This document shows, piece after piece, positions 1 through 11,519 of a DNA stretch of 36,968 nucleotides (its first letter is position 1; every line of letters starts with the position of its first letter). The notes under the pieces are model-generated. The model saw only the letters and a program-made list of their open reading frames with translations. It had not been told where the DNA came from and searched no databases. The stretch covers positions 54,567,739 through 54,604,706 of the forward strand of contig NC_068981.1 in NCBI RefSeq assembly GCF_001194135.2, in the 5' to 3' direction. This DNA comes from Octopus bimaculoides (lineage: Eukaryota). The translations under genes and the position numbers were made by a program.

Positions 1-336
1 AACGAAAGCCAGGTACAGAGGTTTATCCTTAGCTAGGTATTTCTCCTGCAACTGTCTCACTAGAAATAAGGCATCAGTAGTGCTTTTACCTGGCACGAAC
101 CCAAACTGCATCTCATCTAAATTGATTCGCTCCCTAATTAGTTGGGCTATGACCCTCTCTGTAACTTTCATAACCTGATCTAACAGCTTGATGCCTCTGT
201 AATTATTTGTATCTAAAGCGTCACCTTTACCTTTGTAGCAGTTGACTATGATGCTGCTACACCAGTCATTGGGTATGACTCCTTCGTGTATCACCTGGTT
301 CGTAATACGGGTGACTAGGCTATAGCCAACACTGCC
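1..336 (-). mobile_element. RTE-clade LINE reverse transcriptase fragment (uninterrupted frame, 5'-truncated, runs off window start)
   Basis: Minus-strand translation open for 112 codons: GSVGYSLVTRITNQVIHEGVIPNDWCSSIIVNCYKGKGDALDTNNYRGIKLLDQVMKVTERVIAQLIRERINLDEMQFGFVPGKSTTDALFLVRQLQEKYLAKDKPLYLAFV. KGKGD..NYRGI and QFGF.PG.STTDA are non-LTR RT motifs typical of RTE elements. Abuts a (TA)n tract at 337-368. Confidence 0.92.
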
Positions 337-483
337 ATATATATACATACATATATATATATATATATGATTCACAATCAAGGTGCAGAAATGACGTATT
401 CCAAACAAACAAGGTAATCTAATCTGATGGTAGAAGAATTCTGCAAATTAGGTACTCCAAAGTCAGTCAGAAGGCTGGGGTCC

Positions 484-930
484 GTGTGAGCATGCAGTAT
501 ATAGTAAATCCAAAAAAGAATGAACACAAGAAACACAACAACGTGAGGATGTGGTACATGTAATGTATTAGCAGATGCACAGGGAAGGAAAGAAAGATGG
601 CTTAACGTTTCAAGCAGACGCTCTTCTTTGGAAATGGAGGAAAATCCAATAGAAGGGAAGACAGAGGAAGAAAATCGCCAATGATTCACATGTGGCTATA
701 TTTTGAACCAGAATATAATTACATGTGAATCGTTGGCGATTTTCTTCATCCGTCTTCCCTTCTATTGGACTTTCCTCTGTTTCCGAAGAAGAGCGTCTGC
801 TCGAAACATTAAACCATCTTTCTTTCCTTCTCTGAGCATCTGCTAATACATTAAATGTAGCACGTCCTTGCATTGTTGTGTTTTTTGTGTCTGTTCTTTT
901 TTGGATTTACTATACACACGTGCGCACACA
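484..930. repeat. Long fold-back inverted repeat (~220-bp arms, 5-nt loop GAACC at 705-709), probably Penelope-like-element derived
   Basis: Position i pairs with 1414-i at the points checked (GTAAATCCAA 504-513 / TTGGATTTAC 901-910; ACATGT 688-693 / 721-726), so the arms are colinear. Arms differ by scattered substitutions, many of them transitions. Confidence 0.93.
779..814 (+). ncRNA. Minimal hammerhead-ribozyme-like motif (variant core); mirror copy at 600-635 on minus strand
   Basis: GTTT-CCGAAGA-A-GAGC-GTCT-GCTC-GAAA-C-A-T-T-AAAC: stem I GTTT/AAAC, core CCGAAGA (U4C variant of CUGANGA), extra A, 4-bp stem II, GAAA. The left-arm copy has GAAACGTT (palindromic AACGTT). Confidence 0.5.
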
Positions 931-960
931 CACACATACATATATATATATGCATGTATC

Positions 961-1462
961 CTCTCTTTCGTCAACTTATTAAGACAGTACTTTTTGTGGC
1001 TAATTGAGTTGTATTGACTCTTATTTCTAGCAGTGTCAGTATTACTTTGTACCCTTTTCACTTTACTGATGTTTATAAATTTGTCTTTAGGGTTTAGTCG
1101 TTAATAAGCCGCCTACATTATTTATAGTATACACTTCTGCTGTTTTGAAATAGAACATACTTTCAATGGATTTTCTTATGAGTTGATGAGGTGAGCTAAG
1201 TTTAACCCTAGGCACAGTAATATTCACTAATGAGAATTGAGATGCAATGCATCAGAATTCGAAATCACATGATATGGGTATATCTGCTACTTCAGTGGGG
1301 AGCTTGTCTCACTATAGTACAAAGCTTTCTCGCTTCTCTTTCGTCAACTAATTAAGATAGTGCTTTTTGTGGCTAACTGAGTTGATTTGACTCTTATTTC
1401 TAGCAATGTTGGTACTACCCTGTCCCTTTAGGTTTTAATTGCTAATAAGCCACCTACATTAT
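961..1462 (+). repeat. Diverged local direct duplication (961-1122 and 1335-1462)
   Basis: Both copies run CTCTTTCGTCAACT..TTTTTGTGGCTAA..GACTCTTATTTCTAGCA..TAATAAGCC.CCTACATTAT; the second lacks about 35 bp internally. Confidence 0.85.
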
Positions 1463-1469
1463 CTATCTA

Positions 1470-1506
<37 letters not shown>

Positions 1507-1527
1507 GTATATATATATATATATATA

Positions 1528-1707
1528 TCATCATCATCGTTTAACGTCCGCTTTCCATGCTAGCATGGGTTGGACGATTTGACTGAGGACTGGTGAAACC
1601 GGATGGCAACACCAGGCTCCAGTCTGATTTGGCAGAGTTTCTACAGCTGGATGCCCTTCCTAACGCCAACCACTCAGAGAGTGTAGTGGGTGCTTTTACG
1701 TGTCACA
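1528..1707 (-). mobile_element. Young 5'-truncated retroposon 3' tail (RTE-type LINE/SINE tail ending in (GAT)n)
   Basis: Identical over the shared length to copies at 6441-6597 and 12023-12235; (CAT)n tail; (TA)n on both flanks. RTE assignment is from recalled octopus repeat families. Confidence 0.88.
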
Positions 1708-1721
1708 TATATATATATATA

Positions 1722-1910
1722 TGCTGGTAGCACATAAAAGCACCCATTACACTCTTGGAGTGGTTGGCATTAGGGAGGACATCCAGCCATCGAAACCTTG
1801 CTAAATCAGACTGGAGTCTGGTGCAGTCCCTCAGCTTACCAGCCCTGGTCACACCATCCAACCCATGACATCATGGATGACGGATGTTTAATGAAGATGA
1901 TGATGATGAT
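1722..1910 (+). mobile_element. Older diverged copy of the same retroposon tail, head-to-head with 1528-1707
   Basis: AAAAGCACCCA.TACACTC..GAGTGGTTGGC.TTAGG..CATCCAAC CCATG..(GAT)n with many substitutions. Other diverged copies at about 6170-6320 and 14350-14575. Confidence 0.8.
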
Positions 1911-1940
1911 ATGTGTGTGTGTGTGCATGTGTGCATGCAT

Positions 1941-1981
<41 letters not shown>

Positions 1982-2474
1982 TGTGTACAGATAAGATAAG
2001 GCATGAATAATGGTCATTACATATTCCTTGATTGTTGTAAATTTGACTTACAGCTGTTACCAGTAGGTCATTATAGGTTTGTTATTGATTGGTTTACTCA
2101 ATTGGTCCATTGATTGGCTGAGAAAAATTGAATGACAGAGAACTAATGCTACCCCCATCAGAATCATTGTGTTCTAGTGACAACCAAGCAGAATAATGAT
2201 AAACAACAATACAGGCAAGAGAAGGGCAGCAAAGAGAGGCAATAAATATAAAGTGAGTGGAAGAGAGATAAAGAGAGAAGTGGAAGAGAAGTGACGCACT
2301 AGAAAAGAAGAACTAAAGGGAAAAGAAGGAAAGAAAAGGAAGAGGGAAAAGAAGAGAAAGGATTGATGACAGGAGGCATGAGATGGAAGAATGAAGAATG
2401 GAAAGGGTAAGCGGATGGCCAGAAATCAAAGAGGAGACAGTGAAAAAATATAAGTGGCCTTGATGTATGTAATT

Positions 2475-3727
2475 GGGTCAAAATATTGCATTGTCTTCAG
2501 CAATAAAGATGCTGACCAAATTTATAATATGGATGAAACACCTGTATACGTTGACTTTGTTGGCAATAAAAATGTAGATGCTAGCCACTGTGGTGCTACC
2601 AAAGCTCGTTTTACTGCTGTGTTGTGTGTTAATGCTGCAGGAAAGGTGTTGAAAACAATGGTTATCCTTAAAGGATTGAAAAACGTGCCTAAAATAAGGT
2701 CCCAAAGAATATTTACTTAACAGTCTCCAACAGGGGATCAATCACATATGAACTCATGTAGCTGTGGGCTGACAAAGTGTTTGGGCAGAGAACAGCACAA
2801 CTATTCCATGCCCAAAATTCAGTGCTATTCATGGATGAATGCTCAGTGCACAAGAAAACAGAGCTCCTAGAAGTGTTCAAGCAAAGGAATACAATTCTCA
2901 AACTTATACCTCCTAAAACAACATCTTACTTGCAGCCGTTAGATGTATCAATTATTGGTCCTTTCAAGAAAGCCCTTCATGCTGAATGGGAGAATTGGTT
3001 TTTAAATGGCAAAAAGGTGTATACAAATAAAGGATATTGCAAAAAAACCTTCTTATCAATAGATAGTGAACTTTGTGACCCAAGCTGTTGCCACTTTAAA
3101 TAAAGAAACTATAAAGCGTGCTTTTGAATGTTGTGGAATTGCTTCTTGGGGACAGACTGTAGAACATAGCCTCTTAAACTCATGCTTTTAGGATATTTTG
3201 TCTGGCCTTGAGGTAAATGTACCAGATGCACATAATGACAAAATTGAAGAAGAAGATGAGATACAAGTGAAACTAGCTCTGATGTGAATTATGGCCTAGC
3301 AACTAATGAAGAAATTTGTGATATTTAACTTGAAACTATTTGGTTGTTATTCTACCATAAATGCCCAAGGACATTATTTGTTCATACAAGGCTTCTATTC
3401 ATGTTTTCAACAGTTTAATTTTCAATATTTCTTAATAGATCCATTGTTAACTTCAGAATATTTTTTAATGTGCTACTTCTTTTAAGGCTGTTGCAGTTTC
3501 TTTATGTCTATATATCTGATAACTGAAACGATAGAGGTTCAATGGAATTGTATAAAATAAATATGGTTTTTGAGAACATCTTTGTTTTTCCTAGGTGAAA
3601 TATTTTACTTCCATATTACCGCCCATGAGTGCTTATTATAGGTGGGTGGTTATTTAAACTGAAAAATAGTTGTATAAAATAGAATTTTCCATTTAACAGC
3701 CCTGGGTAGATTTTCGGAAAACCCCGG
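2475..3727 (+). mobile_element. Degenerate pogo/Tc2-like DDE_1 transposon (3' half of transposase plus right end)
   Basis: Frameshifted pieces QIYNMDETP..RFTAVLCVNAAGKVLKTMVILKG, VLFMDECSVHK..LIPPKTTSYLQPLDVSIIGPFKKAL and KETIKRAFECCGI are DDE_1 (pogo/CENP-B) motifs. TIR-like end ..TTTTCGGAAAACCCCGG followed by TA at 3728-3729. Left TIR not found. Confidence 0.85.
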
Positions 3728-4361
3728 TATATATATATATCATTTAATGTATGTTGTATTAGAATTAGAGCTATTAATGGTTTCTTGCGATTAAGACATA
3801 TGATCAGGCAGATTTTTATAACATCCCAGGCAATCTATGGGCTCTGGGCGCATGGTTTGTTCTATTTGAGAAACAGGACACTAGAGAAACCTTGAGAAAA
3901 AGCAAGAAGAAGGTTGATGTGAAAAGTGGAATGAGAAGACAAAGTGCGAATAAAACAGAAAATGACTGAAACAAGTAAAAATTCAATGACAGAAACAAAT
4001 AAAAGATAAATTGAATGGATTTGGTTTATTCTTTTATAATTGGTTTATTCTTTTACAATTGTTATTCTCTCTTGATAACTGTGTTGTAACACAATATCCA
4101 TTTTTATATGGGGATAGATATTACCTTTTGGTATTAATACTGCTTCTGTTGTTATTGATTATTTTTTTTAATATGCCAACTGGCTATTTGCAACACCAGT
4201 GCTTAATTAGGCACTGGGATTCTATATATATCACTGATGGAAGTATTGCTGATATGTCTAGCTTTGGGTGTCTTCCATTGACAAGACCAAGGAAGGCCAA
4301 AATCAAGTGATCTGGTAGTCCTAGCAGTGATAGTGGACGATTATCTCCTGCTAGCAATAAA

Positions 4362-5216
4362 CGAGGTCTAATCAAGAAGTATCCGGACTGTTACCATAGT
4401 AACGAAGCTAAATTATACAGAGTGAAGCTGCTTGGCAGGGATTGACCTTGAACTCTGCTGTGCATTCTAGCTCACTTCCGCTGTTTACAGCAGTACTTGG
4501 AAGGAAGGTGTGTAGTGTGTGATCATCACATTGACCATGACAGAAAGTTGTCATGGTGATTCCTGCTCAGAGGTAGAAAGTGTATGGAGAGGGGTGTATG
4601 AACAGCACAAAAGTGCACAAAAGTGTTCAGATATTTCCAAGATAGCCGAAAAATATTGATATTGATGAACATTCTGGGAGACCTGCAACCAGCAGAACTG
4701 AGGAAAACATTGCAGATGTGCAAGCAGCTGTGAGGGGAAAATCATCGAATCACCATTCGTGAGTTATCAGAGGATGTATAGATTAGTTACAGTCTAGTTC
4801 AGTCTATTATCACTGAAAATTTGGGTATGAGATGCGCGTCTGCCAAATTTGTGCCAAAACTGCTTTCAAACCAAAAAGACACTTGGGTTTCAGTTACACA
4901 AGATCTTCTTGATTGTGTCAAGAGCGATGAAAACTCTTTGAAAACTTTGCTTATGCCTCTGAGCAGGTATCTCAAAGCTTTTGGCAAAATTTGATGCAGA
5001 TTCTCTGCTCAACTTTGTCATGGTCAATGCAACAATCACATGTTACACACTTTCCTTCCAAGCACTGCTGCAAAACAGTGGAAGTGAGCTAGAATGTTAA
5101 AACTTAGTGCTCATGCACAGCAGAGTTCAAGGTCAATCTGTGTCAAGTGGTTTCACTTTGCATGTTTTAGCTTCATTACTACGGCAACAGTCCGGTTACT
5201 TATTCAACAGATCACG
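4362..5216 (+). mobile_element. Internally deleted mariner with ~200-bp terminal inverted repeats
   Basis: Left end CGAGGTCTAATCAAGAAGTATCCGGACTGTT matches the reverse complement of the right end ..AACAGTCCGGTTACTTATTCAACAGATCACG|TA. Inverted similarity spans about 4362-4562 vs 5008-5216. Interior encodes DEHSGRPATSRTEENIADVQAAVR..LGMRCASAKFVPKLL; catalytic domain absent. Confidence 0.88.
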
Positions 5217-5857
5217 TAAACACAAGTACTTGTATGCATCACAAGTCCATATGAGAAGTTCTCTCATGGTAAATAACACAGTATTCTATGCTCTAACACC
5301 ATATCCACTTTTAAGTGGATATAAATATTACCTTTTGGTATTAATACTACTTCTGTCACTATTAATTATTACTTAAAAATAGTTCTTGTTTTATCTTTTT
5401 AATCTCAGTTAGTTAGTAACATATCTGTTATAATTACTTATCATGATGAAATGATTATAGCAATTTAATTTCAAGACATCATTTGTCTAGCTGAAGCACA
5501 TTATTTGGTTCGTTGCCACTTCTAAAATATTTTAAAAATATCCTTTCCCCTGTTACTCTAATTTTCAAATATTCATGAATTTGAAACTTTTTATATGATA
5601 TCAAGATAGTTTTATTTTCTTTTGCTTTATTGCTGCTTCAAAATTCATCTCATGTCAGTATTTTATACTTGTTGATGTTGTTGAATTACAAATGGCTGAT
5701 TATGCTGAAAAGTTAAAATATGTAACAAATTTTATAAATTATTCTCTTCATTTAAAGATATGTAAAAATAGCAGCAAAACAAATCTAGAGTGTAGATTCT
5801 CCATGCTATACCAATATAAAAAGTAAGTAGGAAACATACATCTATATGTATATGTAC

Positions 5858-6012
5858 TGGCATGGCTGTGTGGTTAAGAATTTCACTTCGCAACTATATG
5901 GTTCAGTCCCACTGTATGACACTTTGGGCATGTGGCTTCTACTATAGTCATGGACCAACAAAAGCCATTTAAGTGAATATAGTTGATGGGAATTGAAAAA
6001 TGGCTTATATCA
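5858..6012 (+). mobile_element. SINE family B (GCATGGCTGTGTGGT.AAGAAG head), diverged
   Basis: Matches copies at 6605-6820, 20405-20695 and 22002-22345 in this window; tRNA-like head with GGTTCAGTCCC B-box-like motif. Confidence 0.7.
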
Positions 6013-6440
6013 TATATATCTTTTTATGTTGAGTAATAATAAAAACAATTTTACATGAAACTGAAAGATTACTCAATACTTTTTGTAGAGTGCATTTATT
6101 ATTCTGTTACAAGAATAGTGTTGACAGTGACTTTGAAGAGTTGGCCTACTATCCATGTTTATGTATATATCTGTATGTTGGCATTAGGAAGGACATTCAG
6201 CTATATAAACCATGCCAAAACAGAGAATTGGAGTCTGGACAGCTGCCTAGTTGGCCAGCTCCTGTCAAACCATCCATCCATCCCATGCCAGCATTGAAAA
6301 CGGATGCTAAATGATGATGAAAATAAAATATTTATGGTGGTATAATGAATGAATGGTTTAGGTAAAAACATTGTTATTGGTAGAAGTCAAATATCATTAT
6401 CATACATAATGTTTAAGTACATGCAATTAATTATTTTTAC

Positions 6441-6597
6441 TCTCTGAGTGGTTGGCGTTAGGAAGGGCATCCAGCTGTAGAAACTCTGCCAAATCAGACT
6501 GGAGCCTGGTGTTGCCATCCGGTTTCACCAGTCCTCAGTCAAATCGTCCAACCCATGCTAGCATGGAAAGCGGACGTTAAACGATGATGATGATGAT
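6441..6597 (+). mobile_element. Young retroposon 3' tail, identical to 1528-1707 and 12023-12235
   Basis: No mismatch seen against the other two copies over TCTCTGAGTGG..GGACGTTAAACGATGATG. Confidence 0.88.
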
Positions 6598-6604
6598 AAA
6601 AGAT

Positions 6605-6820
6605 GCAGGTTTAGGTGTGTGGTTAAGAAGTTTGTGTGTTAAGAAGTGTTAAGAAGTGTGTGGTTAAAAAGTTGTGCTTAAGAAGTTTCCAGCCATAGAG
6701 TTTCAGGTTCAGTCCCACTGTGCAGCTCTTTGGGCAAGTGTTTTCTGCTATAGGTTCAGGCTCACCAGAGCCTTGTGAGTAGATTTAATAGATGGAAACT
6801 GAAAGAAACTTATCATATAT
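6605..6820 (+). mobile_element. SINE family B copy with locally duplicated head
   Basis: GGTGTGTGGTTAAGAAGT repeated, then GGTTCAGTCCCACTG..TTGGGCAAGTG..GCCTTGTGAGT..GGAAACTGAAAGAA. Confidence 0.7.
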
Positions 6821-6821
6821 A

Positions 6822-7014
6822 TGATGGGGTACCAAAACGAAACTGGAATTTTGCAATATTCACCAGTGATGACCTTTGAAAAAAGGTCTGGATCAACTTC
6901 CAACTGTTCTTTCAGTTCACGACACTCATTCAGTCATGACTGCTTTTGATCTTCCATTAGCAAGTGAGGCACAAATTTTGCTGCAACTCTTTTCATTCAC
7001 AATTCCTTGGCAAG
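6822..7014 (-). mobile_element. Mariner transposase fragment with one TIR-like end
   Basis: Minus strand KRVAAKFVPHLLMEDQKQS*LNECRELKEQLEVDPDLFSKVITGE (linker plus first catalytic motif region); mariner-like terminus GGGGTACCAAAACGAAACTGGAATTT at about 6826-6852. Confidence 0.75.
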
Positions 7015-7360
7015 GTAATAGAATTTGGTTATAGTGAAGAGAAATCAATTGTTTTTTATATTGTCAAATATTAGAAGAAATTAATATTTCACTGCAGTTA
7101 AAAATGAAAATGAATCTTTGAAATAAATCTTTTTATGATAGTTTAACAAATAGCTGGAATTGTTGATTTCTAATTTTGGTACAATGCTATAAATGTTTTG
7201 GGAGAAAGATATTGCTATTTGATTTACACCAGTATTTGACTGTAACTTCACTTTATTGGTACAGGGCTAATGAAAATAGTTTAAAGGACAGATCTCCTAA
7301 TCTTTCATACCCTGCAATTATTGATTATTTTTATCTTGATAGAAGACTGGCCACTACTAT

Positions 7361-7642
7361 CACCACCACCGCCATCACAACCACCACCGCCATCACAACC
7401 ACCACCGCCATCACAACCACCACCGCCATCACAACCACCACCGCCATCACAACCACCACCGCCATCACAACCACCACCACCATCACAACCACCACCACCA
7501 TCACAACCACCATCGCTATCACAACCACCACCAAATGTACCAGCAGCAGTAGTGTTGCTGCAGTCATGACTACCACTGCTGCCACCACTATTGCTGGCAC
7601 CACCACCTCCTCAACCACCACCACCACCACCACCACCACCAC
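7361..7642. repeat. 18-bp minisatellite (ACCACCACCGCCATCACA)n grading into (ACC)n
   Basis: About 9 units visible at 7361-7532, (ACC)n at 7610-7642. Explains the Thr-, Pro- and Val-rich ORFs. Confidence 0.95.
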
Positions 7643-8191
7643 CAATAAATAATGGACTGACACAGTCAAAAAGGTCAGTCAGCGAAGGTCAGTCAGCGAA
7701 GCATGCTGATATAGAAAGGAAAATCACCAAATTTAAGTTGGTGATAAGAGTTAAATTACCAATGGAACATTACCTAGAAAGTACAAAAGCCATAGTAATA
7801 GACAAAGAGAGATACGAAAAATTAAAGGAATAGGAATGAGGGTAGAGTTTGACGACCTACCACCAGTTATAGATTACTATGACTTGTTGCCATATATAAA
7901 ATGGTAATGTGTGAATAAGCTTTTAAAATTTTTTAAAGACTACACATACAATACTAAAAGGTAAAAAAGGGGAAAAAAAAGAAGGAAAAATGATATAAAA
8001 ACTTTGTATTAAAACAGTTAAATGGTACTGTTTGAGAGTGGGGTTCAAGCAGCCATTACATCCTCATTTAATTATTATCCATCTCTCATTCATTCGTTTT
8101 ATGTTTTTTGTCCCCACTGTGGTGTTCTCTCTGTCCTTGTGCTGTCCCCCTCTGTATCATGGTCTATGTGCCAAATAAAGAAATACAGTCA

Positions 8192-8299
8192 GCGAGGTAT
8201 GCTGTTTGGGCGAGGTATGCTGTTTGGGCGAGGTATGCTGTTTGGGCAAGGTATGCTGTTTGGGCGAGGTATGCTGTTTGGGCGAGGTATGCTGTTCAG
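8192..8299. repeat. 18-bp minisatellite (GCGAGGTATGCTGTTTGG)x6
   Basis: Six near-perfect units read directly. Confidence 0.95.
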
Positions 8300-11200
8300 G
8301 GCCTCTAAGAGAAACTCTAAGAGAAACCTCTAATACTGTTTAGGGCCTCTAAGAGAAAGGTAGAACAAGACTGATTTCAGGCCTCTACCCTGGAAGTGGG
8401 GGTGCTTCTCAAAATTCAAGACGACTGTGAGGTTGAATTTTTTTCTGTTTTTCGAAAGAAGGATTCATCAAATATTTACAAGCTCTTCCTTGGCTCTCTG
8501 CACCCCAGACTAATGCACTGGCAGAACCACTTCATATAGGCCCTGGGTTCATGGTTCACCAGCTGTGTAAAGTTAACTAAAGCATAGCATAAGTAATCTT
8601 TGAGAGTAGATGGGCTTTAAAGATATCAATTTATGTTTGCAGGATAGATAACTGTTCTTGTGTGGATATATGATGTGAACTAATCTAGAGTACTGAATAT
8701 GAAATGGCTTTGTACAAACAGTAGAATTAGCAGAAGGCCAAGAAAAATATGTGAAGATATTGGTAATGTCATATTTCAGCATGTTGGGCCTCACATATAA
8801 GCTGATACAAGGTTGAGAAGAGTGGCAATATACTATATCCTCTTAACATTGGAAAACATAGAACAACAACAACGAAAATGACAATCATAATAAATATGAT
8901 GGCAATAATGCCAACTATGATATTGTTGACATTAATGATTAACAAAACCATCTCCAGAATGTAATGTTTTCACCAATAGCTATTTGAAAATTTTAGTTTA
9001 TTTTAGCCTTCAAAAGTAAATTAAAAACATTTCTCTTTACACTCTAGAACATAATTTTCTCAGAAAAAGATTAGTTTGTATATTGAGCTGTTGCCATTTG
9101 ACCTGATCCCAATCTTAGACTGACGTTATTATGACTATGATGATTATCATGATTATCATCATCATTATCATAAATAATAATAACAACAATAACATTTAGT
9201 AAATCATATATTTTTGTTGCTGTCAGTGAACTGTGTACCTGCCAGCTGTAATCCATAGCGCAAATATTATCACTTCTTCTTCTCTCTCTCTCTTGCACTG
9301 TCTGTCTGTTTGTCTGTCTGTCTCTCTCTCTGCTTTTGATCCTCTTCCCTAATGAATTCTTAGATTTATTACATTTCAAACAAATTTCTTCTTGAAGTAA
9401 ATTTGCATACCAGTTGTTTTAACAGGCAGAAGAGAAAATACATACATACATACATACATACATACATACATACATACACAAATGGAATATCTATTTTGAA
9501 ATAAGTGCCTGAACTTTAGATACTTGTTGGTAAAGTACATTTTTTTCTTCAAACTGCGTAGAATTCTAAAGAACATCTAGAATGTTACTCATTGTGGTGA
9601 GGTTGAGTACAAATTGAGGTTTTTCCATGATAAATAATCTCAGCTGGTGTAATGTTGACAAGTGGTTCTGTGTAAGCTGGCTGCTAACCTCAATGTAATT
9701 TTATCAGTATTACTATTGATAAATATTTTTAGGTTTGTTGCTTACAGAACAAGTGAAGCTTTCTTTCTCAGGTAGAAACTTGCCTAGAATTCTTTGGGAA
9801 ACTAAAATACAACAACTAGCAGAATGGCAACAAGTGATATACAAAACATTACATTCACTCTGGTCAGAAAATGTCATATAGAAGAAGATGAAGAAAAATA
9901 AAAAGAAGAAAAGGAAATGAAGAAGAGGAAGAAAAAAAACAGACAAAAATAACTGTTATTATAAGCTACATACAACTACCCCTCAACATATATGCACATA
10001 CATGTAGATAGATACTAACCATCAAGAGAATGAAAGATAATAGGCAAGCTGTAGAATAATAGTTAACAGTAAATTTTTTTTTGTTTTTGTAGATTTGAAT
10101 CATAATGCAATTGTTCTTCTGCTAATCTTATATTTAAGATCATCTGCACTGAGAAATATTTCTGATCAAATAAAACCTCACAGACAATATCTGTTGACAT
10201 ATAAGATCTATTCAATTATTTCTCTCCTTTTCTCTTTCTGCCATCTTACCTTTTTATAGATATTTGCCCAATATATCCCTACTTCGATGTTCACCTTACC
10301 TCTTCGATATCCTCTCCTTTCCCTTACACATCTATTTATCATGCATTTTTCACTTCACTTATCCTCACTTCCATTCACTGTACAATACTGCCTGCATAAC
10401 TAAGGATGGTAGTAGATCTCCTATGCACTGTACCATGCCATATATATAATATAGCTGACATTTGATTTGCCCATATCACTCTACTTCTCTTGACCATCAC
10501 AAAACCTATGTATATGGGATTTTTTTGTATCCAATACTACCATTACACTTTCTGTGCTGTTAGTCATTCCATCCTCTCCCATGAGCCACTTAGTATTGAT
10601 AAACCATCACCACCTCTTCCAGTGCTTGTCTATGTTACTTTTTAGGTTCTCTCTTCCCCTCTGCATCCTTCCTTACCCCACAAATTTTGTTGCTACATCA
10701 CACCTTAGCCCCCTCCACCCATCCATCCTGACCCTTTTGCCATCACTCTCTTTTCTGTTCCACCTCTTGATTATATTGGCTTGAACAAATGGATGTTCCA
10801 CAGAATAGTGAGGACTACAAGGCAACTTCATAAGTGCTGGTGCTACTATAAAATGTATCCAGTATACTCTGTAAAGTGGTTGATGAGTGAGCTGAAACAA
10901 TAGAAAGTGATGTCTTTAGCGATGTTGGTGATAATGGTGGTACTCATGGTGAAGAAGCTGACAATATACCCATTAGTTTAGTGAATAACAACAATAAAGG
11001 AGTTTGTCCCTCATAAGTCTTTAGCGGTCATATCACTGGGCCTTCCCCTCTCTTCACTCTTAGTGATTGAATGACTGACAGAGTGTTGGTTAGTTGGTTG
11101 GGTATTTATTTTGATATAACAATATAAAACTTCTCTCAGATGCAGGGGTAGAATGTTGAGCTAATAGTGAGCTTAAGGGGATCTTCTATAGTTTTACTGA

Positions 11201-11332
11201 GGAGATGGCTACTTCTCTAGCATTGACGGGGGTGGGGTAGGGGTCACGTATCTACCTGAGTGTCTATCTGCCTGTTTACCTACTTGCCTATCTGTCTGTC
11301 CATCTCTGTCTGTCTCTCTCTCTCTATATATA

Positions 11333-11410
11333 CAGAGTGTGGTGAATAAATTGTTGTCTAAATTATGCAAAAATGAAAATAACATTGACATCTCATTTTA
11401 ACAGATATAT
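11333..11410. mobile_element. Terminal fragment of the maT-like element also present at 22744
   Basis: CAGAGTGTGGTGAATAAATTGTTGTCTAAATTATGCAAAAATGAAAATAACATTGACATCTCATTTTAACAGATATATTT closely matches 22744-22823; preceded by TA. Confidence 0.8.
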
Positions 11411-11519
11411 TTTTGATTTTCTATATAAATGAAGATATTTCCTCCGTCTGGCTGCTTTTCTCTCAACAAAATGGAAAGTTACATTGTGGAACAGTCATTC
11501 TAACGATTTGTATTTATTT

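Noticed and set aside
2052-2117. Minus-strand exon-like segment with strong acceptor and GTAAGT donor
   Set aside because: Stops in all three frames with that donor; could only be non-coding or use a weaker donor, and there is no supporting homology.
7176-7833. Thr-rich mucin-like, Pro-rich and Val-rich ORFs
   Set aside because: All frames are opened by an 18-bp minisatellite and (ACC)n; no convincing splice or start context.
8192-8299. Regular short repeats as a CRISPR-like array (also 26702-26790)
   Set aside because: Head-to-tail units without unique spacers in eukaryotic DNA; ordinary minisatellites.
8459-10260. Short open frames after AG acceptors (8459-8566, 9733-9881, 10091-10260)
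   Set aside because: No recognisable homology, no consistent phase chain, and equally good antisense frames; expected by chance in 37 kb.
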